A stretch of 63,698 bases of DNA, counting the filler, from Thraustochytrium aureum (taxonomy: Eukaryota): NCBI GenBank assembly GCA_012862495.1. It is 5 parts of 4 records of this genome, joined end to end, with 100 filler letters (N's around TTAATTAATTAA, not from the genome) between each part and the next. Parts side by side here need not be neighbours in the genome. Positions count along the whole stretch, not along the records: positions 1 to 27,358 come from BLSG01000353.1; 4 more parts are not named here. The stretch is one strand, 5' to 3'. This document shows positions 11,811 to 25,853 of this stretch, one piece after another. The notes under the pieces are model-generated. The model had not been told where the DNA came from, ran no database searches, and was given only the letters and a program-made list of their open reading frames with translations. How positions within the stretch are numbered: the first letter of the stretch is position 1; the number at the start of each line of letters is the position of its first letter. The position numbers and the translations under genes are program-made.

Positions 11811-14800
11811 CGCGTCGAAGAGCAGCTCGCGGTCAGAGCCAAGGACAAGCCCCGAACGGTGGTAGGCGCGCTCGAGGCGCTCTGGCATGGATGCGCGGCA
11901 AGGGCCGACCATGGCGAACGAGGTGGCCATCAAGATGACGAGCGCTGCGAGGGCGAGCGCACCTCCGAAGGACAAAGATCGATGAAATCGGCGCAGGGCA
12001 AACGCGGGGCGCGCGGGCCAGGTGACGACGCCATTGTTGTTGTCCTACCAAACGGGAAACGCATGGTAGGCGCATTCCGAGGGTCCTGGCAGGCCGTCGC
12101 GGATGAGCTGCAGCGACTCGAAAGCACCCTCTCGCTCATGATCCCACCTCCCGAACTCGGAAACACGTGGAAGCTGGCCATCCCGCCGCTGCAGCTTCCC
12201 CCCGCGCCCGCGCCGCCAGAGCTGCGCCCCGTTGAGCTTGAGCCTCTCCCAGTATTTGCCTTTTCCGGCCATGGCTTGCTGACGGCGCGCACCACGCCAG
12301 GAGACGGCGGGGGCCGCGAGCTCTTGGACCTGAGTTTGTTGCCTCAGTGGGACGACCTCGCAGTTCCACAGATCTCTGCGCCCGGAGCATCAAAGCCCAC
12401 TGTGTCTCTAGCTAGATCGGGCCGCACCCGGTGTGAAGCTGCCCAAGGCAAGCCGATGCCCTCGCGCAACGCAGGCTTTTCTGGCCCAGAGTACTCGCTT
12501 GCTGACATGTCGGAATCAGACTTGCGCCGCGTTGTCGACCGTTGCTTCGGTAAAGCGTTCAAAGCCGTCTCGCTCTCAAAGTGGAGCCTGGTCGATCACC
12601 GGCGCGAGGCGCACGCCGCATCTGCAGCTGCAAAACGCAAGGCGAACGGTTCGCTCGCAGAGCAGCGGATTGCATATCGCACTCCGCGCCTTCTGGACGC
12701 AGCCGCCCTTGCAGTCGACCCGGCAGGTCTAGGTGAAACGCAAGACAATCCGTGCGTGCTTCAGCAGCCGCTAGCCGACCCCAGACTCGAGGACTTTCTA
12801 GGGCCGCTAAAGGCCGAGCCGGTCTGGGACGAGCAGGCCGCCCGGAGCCTCATTCTCGACGCCAACGATATCGCCCGGATTAGAGCGGCCTGGGCGATGC
12901 GGGCCGCCGAAACGTGCAAAGGGCTGGGAAGATCCAGCATGGCTGGTTCTACCAACGAAAAGGACAAGCCCTTTCTCCAACTCAAAAGCCTCCCAGGTTT
13001 GATTCGAAAATCAGTGCCAGCGCTATGCGGGCGGGTTTGCCTCGCTCACGGACAGCGCTACGCCTACGTCGAGTTCGAGTGCGACCTTGGACCGTCTCCG
13101 ATTGTCGACCTCGTTCTCGTCGGATCCACCGGCTGGGCTGTGCCCGATGCTCGAGTGCAGGTGCACGACTGCACGGCAACTGGATTTGTCCTCTTTTTTG
13201 ACTCCTCAGTGCCTGCGCCAACGTACGCAGAGCAACTCGACGTGTTTCAAGTCCGGGCTCGCGAAGACGACGCCCCGCCGAACGCTGGAGTCGTGGTCAC
13301 ATGGCGGGCCCTCCACACAGAATGGTCAGCGCTAGGCGCCGTAGCCCTTCCCGCTGCAGACTCTGGAGTTGGGGTATCGTCAGTAGAGTGGTCTCCACGC
13401 AAGGCGCTCGCCGCCGGCGCAATCCTGGATCTCCCTGCGCAACCGCTGGTGGAAGGGCCAACTTGGACCCCTGAGCAGACTGAAATAGAGATCGACGAGC
13501 TCGTGCGGGCAACAGACCTCGTCTCCATGGAGGCTTTTGAGCCCCCTCCCTTCCCGGCTGAACAGCTTGCGGAAGTGCAAGCTTGCCACGCAATGTCAGA
13601 GCGAGCCGAGTGCGAGGGCTTTCGCGGTGTTGTCTGCATCGACTGCTCGCCAAACATGCTCCGCAACCAAGCCTGGCCGCGCGCCAAGTTTATGCTGCGA
13701 ACGCTCCTCAACCCAGCACTCCACCATGCAAAGCTCGTTCTTCAGAACAGTGGCGAGGTTGTCCTCGTTGCCATGGGGCACGCCGAGCCACATGTGCATG
13801 TGGTTCGAGGCGCGGACGCGAACGGACTCTGTGCAGCGCAGCGATGGGTGGCTGCTCTAACAACAGCGAGTACGGGAGACGGAAGCGATGACGATGGGCC
13901 CGACGGGTTTTCTATGGGCAAGCTCGCCTCAGCTCTGGAGATGGCAGAAGGCCACCTGGGGGCCCGACTCACTTCCGCGCACATTCTTTCGAACCGGGAG
14001 TGCGTGCGGGATCGCCTATGTGCAAAGCGCCAAGCTTTCACGCCCGAGGCTCCCTGCCCAGTGCACCTCGTTTGGCTATCCGATGGGATTGGGGGAGCTA
14101 CCCGTGCGGATCAGATAGAGCGTCTTGAGGGCGCCAATGCAGCCACCCTTCGCCTGGTCCATTTTGAAGGCGTCAACGCTTGGGAGCTTGAAGACAGCTT
14201 TCTCTGCTTGGACGAAGCAAATCGAGTTCACAACCAAGCTGCTGAAGACCTGCGCGACGAGGCTTTGCGGAGAATCTCGGAGGCGTGGCAAGAGCGAGTT
14301 GCTTCCTACAAGGCCGAGTACGAGGCCCGCCAGGTGGAGGCCCGCGAGCGAAACCGCGTCGCGCTTCAAAGCGCAAAGGCTGCGCATTTGAAGCGGCAAG
14401 AGAGCAGGGCGCAAATCCGTTCGATAATGCGCGAAGCAGTACTGGCTGACAGCGCCCGGCGAGCGCGGTGGCGTTGGCATCGGCTTGCCGTCCTGCACCA
14501 CAAGCGCGCGCGCCTCACTATGCTCAACGCTTTCCTCGCTGTTGCCACCGCCAAGCGGATGGCCCAAAGCCGCGCGCGCGCGCAAGCGGCGGCGCACACA
14601 CGCACAGAAGCGCTTGGCTGCGCTGCCGATGCACTTGTGATGGTGCTCGAGCAAGCCATGGTACAAGCCAGCCGAAGCGCCTGGCTGCGTCACACGGAAA
14701 GTGTCCGCGCTGTTCGCGAGGCCAACTCCGCGGCACGGGATGCTGCGCAGTGCGCTCTCGCCGCGAAGCTTGAAAGCGTTGCGGCACGCAAAAGGCAACG

Positions 14801-16605
14801 CCGCGCTCACTTGGACGAAGCCGTGGCAAAGACCCACAACCAGCTCGACCGCCTCGCCCGGCGCAAGCGCGAGCGGATCGCGGAGCAAAACGAGCGTCTG
14901 CTTATGGCAGCGGAGGAGGATTATCAGCTGCGCACTGCTGCCGAGCGCGCTCGAGTGGCGAACCCACATCTCTTGGGCTTGCAGCGGGCAGCTCGGACGA
15001 AATGTCTCGCCGTCGACCACCTCGTCAGGGTGTACTTTCGAACGAGAAGCGCTGCGTCCCGGCTGCACGTGCCAGCGGAAGCACGAGATATGCTCACAGA
15101 GTTTGCGCCCTTGCGCTCCCAGCAAGAGCGACAGGCTACCTGGGCTGAAGAGCTTGAGGAGCTTGCACAGCAGCAGGCCATCGAGGCCAGAGAGTGGCAA
15201 ATTCTCAAGGAGGAGTTCTTCGAGCTCTGCTGCGACGTCCAGAGCGAGCAAGCGGTCCGCCGCGCCGCGCTCATCCAGGAGCAAGCTGCGGCTTGCACTA
15301 GCGACGTGGACAGCCACGCAGATGATGGTCATGTGGTAGAGCGCTGTGCTCGCTTCATGGAAGCTGTTGGCGAGTTTCGGTCCCGCACACGAGTGGCCGT
15401 GAGTCAAATCGAAGGCCCTCACCGGCCGGCAGCGGTCGCCGGCTGGAAGCTGCTCCTCCAACCGAGCCACGTCACTCAAAGGGACAGCAAGAGCCTTTGC
15501 AGCCTGCGGTCTAGCATTTCGAAGTGTCAGGCCGAGCTCCACGTGCTGCGCCTCCTTGAGCTTCTTCATGACGAGGCGGAGGCCGGCGATTCCGCGGGCC
15601 AAGTCGAGTGCCAAAGTCTGCTGGAACTCGGTGTCGCGCAGGCCGCTCCCGGTTCCCAGTTGAGCAACGTCGAATCGTTGCTATCTGCCACGTTTCTGCA
15701 CGACCCTGTCAACATCGAGCTGGTCCGAACGCTGCGCGCACGCCTCGGACTTGGCCCTTGCAGTCTGCAACCTCTCGACGCCAAAACGTGGGGACGCGCG
15801 CAGCGAAGCGGCGTGAGCGCCAGGCAGCCCGAGGGCACGCGCTGGTTGTGCCTCCAATGGAGTGGTCAGCTTTCACGCGAATTCACAAAGCGCAAGCTCG
15901 CGTCAACCGAGCCGCGAAGGAAGCCCAATCATGGTTTGCGGCTGCGACCGCACATCTTCGAGCCGAGAACGAGGTGCGGCGACAGCAGCAGGTTTCTGCC
16001 GCGGAATCTGAGCGTAGACGAGTGGAGGCGTTTAACGCAGCGCTTCTCGAGCGCGAGCGGACGAGTGGGAGGAGAGAGTGCTTTTGCCCGCAAAAGAGCG
16101 CAACGCTGCGCGCGAGGCCGCGCTTTTGCGCGAGCAGCACGACGCCATCGCAGCCATGAAGCAAGAGGCAGAAAGGGCGGTAGAGCTGGCGCGACGGACA
16201 TACGAGTCCAACGTGGTCGAGCCGCTGTCGATTTTCAATGCCTCGGTGGAGCCACTTGCGCGACGGGCAAAGGCTGCACGGCAGGAGCTCAAGCTTTTGC
16301 TGCACTTTCGCGAAAGCCTTTCGGAAATGGCACCGACGGGAGTGGCACCGTCCATTGGTGTCGACGGCGCTGCTGCTGCAGGGGGTCGCGGCCACAAGAG
16401 ATATCACGGGTCTTTCATCGCAACGTCTGAGGACGTGGTGCCCATGGAGGCGCTTCGCACCTCTCTGGAAAAGGCTTTCGCTAAGCGAAGCGCCAGCGCA
16501 GGATCTGCTCGCAGCGCTGCCCAGGCAAGGCGCCAGGTCCGGCCACAGGTCGCGCCAATCGATCCCGCGCTGGCGAGCCAGCTTCGCGCAACAAGTTCCA
16601 TGTAG
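11811..16605 (+). CDS. Large (~1600 aa) uncharacterised protein: possible H-type-lectin-like beta domain, vWA-like domain, long coiled coils; 5' end in gap, frameshifts ~15830 and ~16080
   Basis: 4.5-kb ORF with VVCIDCSPNM (degenerate vWA DxS), a beta-rich segment ending VVVTWRAL and extensive E/A/R-rich heptads. Coherent continuation in ORFs 15608-16159 and 16078-16605. Confidence 0.55.
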
Positions 16606-16721
16606 AGAGAGGCCTTTTACTAAAGGTAAAGCTCTAGAGAGCTCGCAGCGAGGAGAATTGATTTAAAAAAGCTGCAGAGCAAGAAAGCGCGGTGGCGCCG
16701 AACGCTTCCGTCGCGTCTCGG

Positions 16722-18014
16722 CTAGTTGGCGCTTTGGCGCCATATTTCAATGTAGAGGTCCTCGATCTCTGCCTGCGTCGGAATGCGCGGGTTGTTGTTG
16801 GGCGAGCCGCTGGCGAGAGCCGCCGCCGCCATTTTCGGCACCGCAGCCATGTACCGGCCTTCGTCCACGCCCCAGGCCTGCAGAGACGGGATGGAAAGGT
16901 CGCTGCTGAGGCTGTACAGCCCTTTCACAAACCCCTCAGCCGCGTCCTCGTCGCTGACGCCGACATCGCACATGCCCATCGCCCGCGAGACGTCGGCGTA
17001 CAGGCTGACGGCAGCGGGGACCGAGTATTCGGTCAGCTTCGGGGCCAGCATGGCGTTCGAGAGTCCGTGAGGGACATGGAAGAGCGCTCCGAGCGGACGC
17101 GACATGCCGTGGATAAGCGTCACCGAGGCATTAGAGAATGCAATTCCAGCCTCCGTGCTCGCAAGCATCATGGCTTCTCGCGCGGCGTGATCGCTTCCAT
17201 CCGAGCACACTCGGCGTATGTTTTCCCCGATCCGGGACAGGCTCGAGAGGGCGAGGCCCTGCGAGAAAGGGTTGCGCTTTTGGCTCACGTAGGCCTCGAA
17301 AGCGTGGCACGCGGCGTCCATGCCAACAAACCCGGTCATGTCCGAAGGCAGGCTCATCGTCAGCTCGTAGTCGACCACGGCTGCCGTGGGGAGGTAGGCG
17401 AGCCCGATGCACAGCATCTTCTCGTCGGTGTTGCTGTCCGTGACAATGGTAAACTTTGTCACTTCGCTTCCGGTCCCGGCGGTTGTCGGGATGCAAACCA
17501 GCGGTAGGGCAGGCGCGTCGGTCTGGACCGGGGCCTTGTAGTCGCGCATCTGCCCGCCGTAAACCGCAAGCACTCCCGCGGCCTTGGCCGAGTCCATAGG
17601 GCTGCCGCCGCCGACTGCGTCTGCGCCACCCCCCGCGCAGCGCCAGCTGTTAGTCCTCCACGTTCAAGCTGGCTTTGGTCGGTCTGGCCTTATGAGCAAG
17701 CACGGGTCGCCTTTGGCCCGCCAGCGCGAACTTACGATCGAGTCATAGCCGCCGCGCTCAAGTTCCACGCGGAGTTTTTCGACACTTTCGGTCGTCGGGT
17801 CGGGGATCGTGTCGGTAAACACCTCGTGGGCGCGGCCGCCGAGCGCGGCTGCCACTTTGTCGACCGTGCCGTTCGACGCCAAGAAGGCGTCCGAGACCAC
17901 CAGCGGGCGGGAGAGCCGCAGCTCGTCAAGGAGCTTGCCCACCTGCTGTACCGAGCCGCCGCCCACGAGCATCCGCCGCGGCACGGCCAGCGAGGCGAGC
18001 GCCGCGCGCTGCAT
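16722..18014 (-). CDS. Iron-containing (type III) alcohol dehydrogenase; intron ~17621-17735
   Basis: PDPT, VGGGSPMDSAK, IPTTAGTGSEVT, GMDAACHAFEAY, LIHGMSRPLG...VPHGLSNA. GTAAGT donor and CTAAC branch point present; the junction appears to lack one base. Confidence 0.92.
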
Positions 18015-19425
18015 CCTCCCGGCGAGCCTGTCGAAGGCGGTGACGAGCGCGACGCAGCAAGCAGCAACGCAGAAGAGGCGGCGCCACGGCGGCAGGCTCC
18101 ACGAAGCGCGACTGCCCACCGGAGGGAGGGCGGAAGGAGGGCTGCCTTGCCAATGACCTGGTCAAGATGGTTTCGCGCAGAGGCGGTCTCGCTCGCACAC
18201 TCCGCAGCCGAGGTCTCTTTCACGGGTGGTCTCGCAGGTCCGGCTAGGCCCGTGCGCGCAACATGCGCCCGAGCGCCACAAAAGCAGTGCGGGAGACCGC
18301 AGGCCCTGTTTGTGCCGGCCGAGGGCGTCCAGAAGCAGCGCCTGCGCTCGCCGGGCGCCAGGCTGCACTAGCAGGCAGGCAGGCAGGCAGGCAGGCAGGC
18401 TCAAGAGGGGCTTTGCGAGAGCTGAATTCGGCTCGCTCTCGCGTTCGTGTCGCGCCCGTGANNNNNNNNNNNNNNNNNNNNNNNNNNNNNNNNNNNNNNN
18501 NNNNNNNNNNNNNNNNNNNNNNNNNNNNNNNNNNNNNNNNNNNNNNNNNNNNNNNNNNNNNNNNNNNNNNNNNNNNNNNNNNNNNNNNNNNNNNNNNNNN
18601 NNNNNNNNNNNNNNNNNNNNNNNNNNNNNNNNNNNNNNNNNNNNNNNNNNNNNNNNNNNNNNNNNNNNNNNNNNNNNNNNNNNNNNNNNNNNNNNNNNNN
18701 NNNNNNNNNNNNNNNNNNNNNNNNNNNNNNNNNNNNNNNNNNNNNNNNNNNNNNNNNNNNNNNNNNNNNNNNNNNNNNNNNNNNNNNNNNNNNNNNNNNN
18801 NNNNNNNNNNNNNNNNNNNNNNNNNNNNNNNNNNNNNNNNNNNNNNNNNNNNNNNNNNNNNNNNNNNNNNNNNNNNNNNNNNNNNNNNNNNNNNNNNNNN
18901 NNNNNNNNNNNNNNNNNNNNNNNNNNNNNNNNNNNNNNNNNNNNNNNNNNNNNNNNNNNNNNNNNNNNNNNNNNNNNNNNNNNNNNNNNNNNNNNNNNNN
19001 NNNNNNNNNNNNNNNNNNNNNNNNNNNNNNNNNNNNNNNNNNNNNNNNNNNNNNNNNNNNNNNNNNNNNNNNNNNNNNNNNNNNNNNNNNNNNNNNNNNN
19101 NNNNNNNNNNNNNNNNNNNNNNNNNNNNNNNNNNNNNNNNNNNNNNNNNNNNNNNNNNNNNNNNNNNNNNNNNNNNNNNNNNNNNNNNNNNNNNNNNNNN
19201 NNNNNNNNNNNNNNNNNNNNNNNNNNNNNNNNNNNNNNNNNNNNNNNNNNNNNNNNNNNNNNNNNNNNNNNNNNNNNNNNNNNNNNNNNNNNNNNNNNNN
19301 NNNNNNNNNNNNNNNNNNNNNNNNNNNNNNNNNNNNNNNNNNNNNNNNNNNNNNNNNNNNNNNNNNNNNNNNNNNNNNNNNNNNNNNNNNNNNNNNNNNN
19401 NNNNNNNNNNNNNNNNNNNNNNNNN

Positions 19426-22400
19426 CCGTTTTTGAATTTTGTTTCGGTCGCCAAAGAGAAAAAAGAGTCGAAAAGCCGCGCGGAACGCCAGACACGATCC
19501 GGCCCGGGACGAGGAACGACTGCGGCGCGCCCGCGGTACCGGGCTGACTAGCGGAGAGAGAAGGATCTGCCTGCCTCGAGCTCGTTACGCGCGATGGAAC
19601 GATATGGCACGCCGACGCAGCTCGCGGTGGGCACGGTGCGGGACGTCTACACCTGGCAGCAGGTTGAGGCCAATCTCCAGACGCACCCCACTCCCGTCGT
19701 TGAGACTGTCAACATGTAAGTTGTACGCGCGCGCGAGGCCAAAATGCGTGGGGCTGGTGCACTGACCGCGGCATGACCGTCAGGTTGGCGGAGCACATTC
19801 CCAAACACGACTACATACCCACGCTGCCCGCGTCCATGCTCGAGTCTGGCGCGCTCAGCGCGCTCCAGTACGAGGCTGTCGCGTGCGCGGGGTTCCGCCA
19901 TAGCCAGGTCGCCTACAACGAAAAAAACCAAGCGACACAGCGCGCAGGGTTCTTCGTGGGCGACGCAACGGGTGTCGGCAAAGGTCGCACGATCGCCGCC
20001 ATCGTAGTCGACAACTACTTCAAGGGGCGCCGACGCGCGCTGTGGGTGTCGTGCAGTCGCTCGCTCTACGAAGACGCCAAGAACGCATTCCAAGACCTGG
20101 GCATCAGCGAGAGCGTGATCCCCGTGCACGAGTTTGGCGGCAAGGGAATCAAGAAGGGCCGCATCGCTGAAGACAGCGGCGTGATCTTCTCGACCTTTTC
20201 AAGCCTTCTAGGGCCTGGCACCGACGTCCGCAAGTGGCGCTTGAATGACTTGGTCGAATGGCTCCGTGGAGCCAAAGACCAAGGGGTGATCGTCTTTGAC
20301 GAGTGCCACCGTGCCAAGAACCTCGTGCCCGCCTCAAGCTCGAGCGGCCGCGCTTCAACGTCTGCAACCAAGACGGGCACGGCAGTACTGGAGATCCAGC
20401 TCCGGCTCCCGCAGGCGCGCGTTGTATATGCTTCCGCAACCGGGATGAGCAGCCCGAACGGGATCGCACCGTTCGTGCGGCTCAACTTGTGGGGCGAGGG
20501 CGGAGCCTTTGCCAACTTTGACGCCTTCAGACACGAGATCAAAGGCAACCGCGCCGGCGCAGCCCGTGTGATGAGCCGCATGGAGCTCGTCGCGCGCGAG
20601 TTCAAAGCGGAGGGTGCGTACATGTCGCGGAGCCTCTCGTACAAGGGCACCGAGTTCGTGACCACCGAGCTGGGCATTTCAACCCGTTTCATTGAGGTCT
20701 ACGACAGCGCGGTGATGTGGTGGCGCAAACTCCTGCGATTTGTTGACAAGTTTGAAACGTCTTCGCTGTAGACCACGAGGAAGACGGCGACGATGAGGAG
20801 GAGGACGGGGAGGAGAACGAGGGCGCTGAAGCTCGGGGAGGCGCCTCGAGTTCCTCGTTGGACCCCAAGTCGGTGCTCGTCACCGTGATCTGGGGCACCC
20901 AGCAGCGTTTCTTCAAGTTGCTGCAAATCAGTGCCAAAGTGGACTATATCGTCGCGGCCTGCGAGAAGGCGGTCAGCGAGGGCTTGAGCCCTGTGGTGGC
21001 GATCTGGTCCACTGGCGACGCTGCCGTCCAAGACGAGATGAGGCGGGGCAAGGTCACCGAGCTCGTTTCGGGAGCACGGGCCATGTGCCGGAATATTCTG
21101 ATCAAGCATCTCAGCCCGCACGACGAGCACAACTGCCGCCGTGTCGACCGCAGGGCGGTGACGGGGGCCTACATGTACGAATGGGACGAGCTGCTGCGGG
21201 AAATCAACGAGATGGACCTGCCCATAAGCCCACTCGATGAGATCATTGAGCGGCTCGGGGGCCCGGCCAAGGTGGCCGAGCTCAGCGGGCGGTCATTTCG
21301 CCTCGTAGACGCCCCAGAGACAATTGGTGGCGACACAAAGCCAGGAGCGCGGCGCCAAAAAGTATACACTGCACGCAATGAAGGACTCTCGTGCGGCAAC
21401 GCGGTTGCAGAGATCAACAACAAGGAGAAGGAGATGTTCCAGAACGGCGACAAGCTCATCGCGCTGATCACGGGCGCGGCTTCGTCAGGCATCAGCCTTC
21501 ACGCCTCAGACAAGTGCGCCAACCAGCGGCGGCGCGTGATGCTGATAGGAGAGCTCAGCTGGTCTGCGGACGTGACCATCCAGCAGTTCGGTCGGATCCA
21601 TCGCTCGAACCAAGTAAGCGCGCCTCGGTATGAGCTGATTGTGAGCGCTCTGGGCGGCGAGGCCCGGTTTGTCTCCGCGGTGACGCAGAGGCTGCAAATG
21701 CTCGGCGCACTCACCAAAGGCGACTGCAGCGCCGCGCTTGGAGAAGGCGACTCTACACTCTCAACACAGTCGTACTTTGACCAATGGGGCAAGGCCGCTG
21801 TACTGCGCCTCAACGAGTTTTTGTTTCCGAGCAACGCCAACAAGGAACGGGGATTCCTCCTCTCCAAGAGATCAGAGAGCTACCTCAAGCCGCCGTGCGT
21901 TCTCCTGGCCGAATCAAAGACCGAGGCAGAGGTGGTCTTGGCCAGAATCATCACGCCACCGCTCGCCAAGCTTGTCGTGGAGTTCGCAGACTACAGCGAG
22001 AGCGATTTCCGCAAGGATGCTGCGGAGGGCCTCAGCGCAGTCAAGTTTGACGGGGCGCAGAGACACGCGACCCCGGTCAAACTTTTCAACCGCCTCCTCG
22101 CCGTTCCAGTGGTGCTCCAGAACACTCTGTTCGAGTATTTCGACATGTTTTACCAGGAAGCCAGGTACCAGGCCAAGCTGAACGGGGCGCTCAACACTTC
22201 GACGGTGGTGGAGACAGCCAAGCGCGTTCAGGCATGCCAAGAGCAGTACGTCGAGGTGCTGCACCGCTCGCTGCAAGGCGTTGAGACCAAAATGGCCCAC
22301 TTTGTGATTGATCGCGGCTTCTCCTTCGAGGACGCAGTGGCCGAGCTCGAAGCCGCCAAGGCGCGCAACTGCGAGCTGCGGGCAGCCGGAGTCAGCATCG

Positions 22401-24703
22401 AGCAGAGTTTGGGCGAGCACGACGGGATCTACTCGTACGTCCCGCGCGAGGTTAACGGGCCCCCAAGGTCGCGCCGAGAGGCCTTCCTGTTGATTGAGCG
22501 CCCGGAGATCAAGCGCAACCGCGCGAGGCTCTCGAATACAAAGCGCACCTTTCGCCTCATCGTGCCGCACCGCGGGGAAATCAGGGCTGTCAAGAAGCGG
22601 CGCTGGCGAGAAGGGCACAACAACAGGCCAGTTCAAGACAATTCTGACAGGGCAACCGACTTTCTCGGTCTGGCGCAGATCTTCAAGAGCCCAGAGCACA
22701 CCCTGGCCGATCTCCAGCGGCGCCAGGGTCGCTGCTCCAAGTACGCACTGGACAGGCCCAACAACCGCCAAGTCGCCATGGGGATTTGGAACAAGCAGTA
22801 CGAGCAGGCCAAGCTTCGTTGTGCCGAGTGCTCCACCTGCCGCTTTGGCTCCGCACTCGAACCGTGCCAGCAAACGGGAGCGACTCGTGTACGACGTCTT
22901 TCAATCCTCTATGGCCGTGTACTGCAAGTCTTTGATGTGATCGCGGACGTGATCGGCGCTGACGACGGCACGGCTGGAGCCGCGAATGACGACGACGATG
23001 ACCAAGACGACGACATTGACGCGGAGGAGGAGGATCAAGACCACGACGTCACGACCTCAGAATTCAGCATGAGAGGCCGCGGCGGCCGGGGGCGAGGCCG
23101 AGGCCGAGGAAGAGGGAGAGGCAGGGGGCGCGGGGGGTCTTCCGTGGCACGACTCGCTCACGATGCGAAGAGAAACAGGGCGAACGGTGGGGCATCGGAA
23201 GCGGTTGGTGAAATGACGACGCGATCCCGGCTCAACGTCACCCGCCTCACAATTACACACGGCATCGACGTGGGCAAATCGTACGTCGGGATCAAGGTCG
23301 ACAGTGTCCACGTTGACACGCTGCGCGACCGGTTGCGGAGCGCCGACCCCAACCCGGCGCGCCGTCGATGGGTCTTGGAGGGGCGCGCTCTGCTCCCTCC
23401 GAATGCAGCTGGACCGATGTGGCAGGCCGCGCCCTGTGGTTTGCCGCCGAGCAAGCTGACTCGACCTTGTTCTGGCGGTCTGAGGCGAGAGTCACGACTG
23501 ATCAAGCCCGAACCAGGCCTCGGTGCGGCGACTATGAAACTCGAAGCCAAGGAGAGCGACGGGGAGAGCGACGAGCAGATGGACTGGAGCGACGACGAGG
23601 TTGCTGAGCTCTTCAAGATCAAGCTGGCGGGTTCTGCTCGGAAGGCGTCCAAACGAGCGCCCAAAGCACTTCTCCCCGCACCGCCTTTTGACACTGCCGA
23701 GGGCGTGCAAAGTCTCGGCAATGTGAAACGAGAGCCGGTGCCTGCAAAGAATGGGGTGCCTGTGAAGGGTGGGGGAGAGCAAGGTCTTGTCAAGCTTGAA
23801 ACGATTGATCCTGTCGGCCAGCACGAATTAGGCCTCGCCAGGGCTCCGTTGCAGCGGCTGCCCTCCGCTGGCAATTGTTCTGAAAACGAGTCTCTGAACA
23901 TCGACGCAGAGACAGGTGGGTGCGAGGCGAGCTCGGGCAATGCCGTGCGCGGTTCAGAATCTTCAGATTGCCTTCCGCTAGAGTGCGGTCGCAGAAGCCA
24001 CCAGAGCCTGAGCGCTCTACCGAACAAGTGCGCCATGCAGGTGATCGCGCATGGTGCGACTGGAGAGCAAAGCGGAACGCTTGGCCATTGTGTTTTGCGA
24101 GTGGAAAGGGCCACGGGACCGAGCGCCCAGAACACGCTCTCGTCCATCCAGTGTGCTGAGGGTGACAGCGACACCAAGGCAAGTGCTGCGGTGGAAGACT
24201 GTGGCGCGACCGGTGGCGAGGCAAGCCCGTCGAGCGAGGAGGCATGCCCGCCTAGTAGGGACGCGAAACCTCAATTCAGGGCTCGCCGTCTTCCTGGAAC
24301 AAGCGATGCTGCAACCTGTGCGGCTGGTGCGGCACAACGAGAGGCGAAACGCCCAGCAGTGGTGCTTGCGCCAGTCGAGGAGCCGGCACCGAAGCGATCG
24401 TCTCAGCGACTGGCGCATGTGCCAACAATGTCAGTGCGCCCTCTCTCCACACTTGTCACTCGGCGGGTTGCAGGCCCAAGCGGTAGAGTCTTTGGGGGGG
24501 ACTCGAGCCACGGGGATGCACAAGAGTGCCAACAGCGCGCCACAGTTGCTGAAAAGGCCACAGAGGGTTTGAAAGCGGTGGAGGATGAGCGACAGCGATA
24601 CGACCGCGCTGTGAGACGCTCGGGGCCAGCTCGCACTGCACTTGCGGCCATAAACGTGGCGCAGGAGCTGGTGCGCAGAGTGCTGGAGGAGATTTCTGGT
24701 TGA
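19426..24703 (+). CDS. SBNO: Strawberry notch-like helicase (AAA_34 + Helicase_C_4); start uncertain, intron ~19716-19783, frameshift ~20765
   Basis: HPTPVVET, LSALQYEAV, GFFVGDATGVGKGRTIA, IVFDECHRAKN, RVVYASATG, SPLDEII..LGGP.KVAELSGR, SSGISLH, QQFGRIHRSNQVSAP; RG-repeat insert. Confidence 0.9.
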
Positions 24704-25853
24704 CCCGCGACGCCGAGCTGACCTTAGTGCGCCAAGCCAAGGTCGCAACGAAACCAAGCTGGCGATCGCGCGCCGTTGATGAGTAGACTTGCGAAGCAAC
24801 GAACAAGNNNNNNNNNNNNNNNNNNNNNNNNNNNNNNNNNNNNNNNNNNNNNNNNNNNNNNNNNNNNNNNNNNNNNNNNNNNNNNNNNNNNNNNNNNNNN
24901 NNNNNNNNNNNNNNNNNNNNNNNNNNNNNNNNNNNNNNNNNNNNNNNNNNNNNNNNNNNNNNNNNNNNNNNNNNNNNNNNNNNNNNNNNNNNNNNNNNNN
25001 NNNNNNNNNNNNNNNNNNNNNNNNNNNNNNNNNNNNNNNNNNNNNNNNNNNNNNNNNNNNNNNNNNNNNNNNNNNNNNNNNNNNNNNNNNNNNNNNNNNN
25101 NNNNNNNNNNNNNNNNNNNNNNNNNNNNNNNNNNNNNNNNNNNNNNNNNNNNNNNNNNNNNNNNNNNNNNNNNNNNNNNNNNNNNNNNNNNNNNNNNNNN
25201 NNNNNNNNNNNNNNNNNNNNNNNNNNNNNNNNNNNNNNNNNNNNNNNNNNNNNNNNNNNNNNNNNNNNNNNNNNNNNNNNNNNNNNNNNNNNNNNNNNNN
25301 NNNNNNNNNNNNNNNNNNNNNNNNNNNNNNNNNNNNNNNNNNNNNNNNNNNNNNNNNNNNNNNNNNNNNNNNNNNNNNNNNNNNNNNNNNNNNNNNNNNN
25401 NNNNNNNNNNNNNNNNNNNNNNNNNNNNNNNNNNNNNNNNNNNNNNNNNNNNNNNNNNNNNNNNNNNNNNNNNNNNNNNNNNNNNNNNNNNNNNNNNNNN
25501 NNNNNNNNNNNNNNNNNNNNNNNNNNNNNNNNNNNNNNNNNNNNNNNNNNNNNNNNNNNNNNNNNNNNNNNNNNNNNNNNNNNNNNNNNNNNNNNNNNNN
25601 NNNNNNNNNNNNNNNNNNNNNNNNNNNNNNNNNNNNNNNNNNNNNNNNNNNNNNNNNNNNNNNNNNNNNNNNNNNNNNNNNNNNNNNNNNNNNNNNNNNN
25701 NNNNNNNNNNNNNNNNNNNNNNNNNNNNNNNNNNNNNNNNNNNNNNNNNNNNNNNNNNNNNNNTAGAGCTTGGACGTTCGCCCAGTAACACCATGCAAAT
25801 GTAAACTCTTTTCTGGCACAGTCGATTTCGAATACCTGCGAAAGGCAAGCTAT

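Noticed and set aside
11017..11975. ORFs running through N gaps (also 3545-4999, 18162-19551, 24431-26010, 41320-42590)
   Set aside because: They are open only because Ns contain no stop codons.
14076..15614. Long antisense ORFs (also 6986-8083, 27465-28679, 35555-37129, 60507-61610)
   Set aside because: Shadow ORFs opposite real genes in GC-rich, codon-biased DNA, with no protein motifs.
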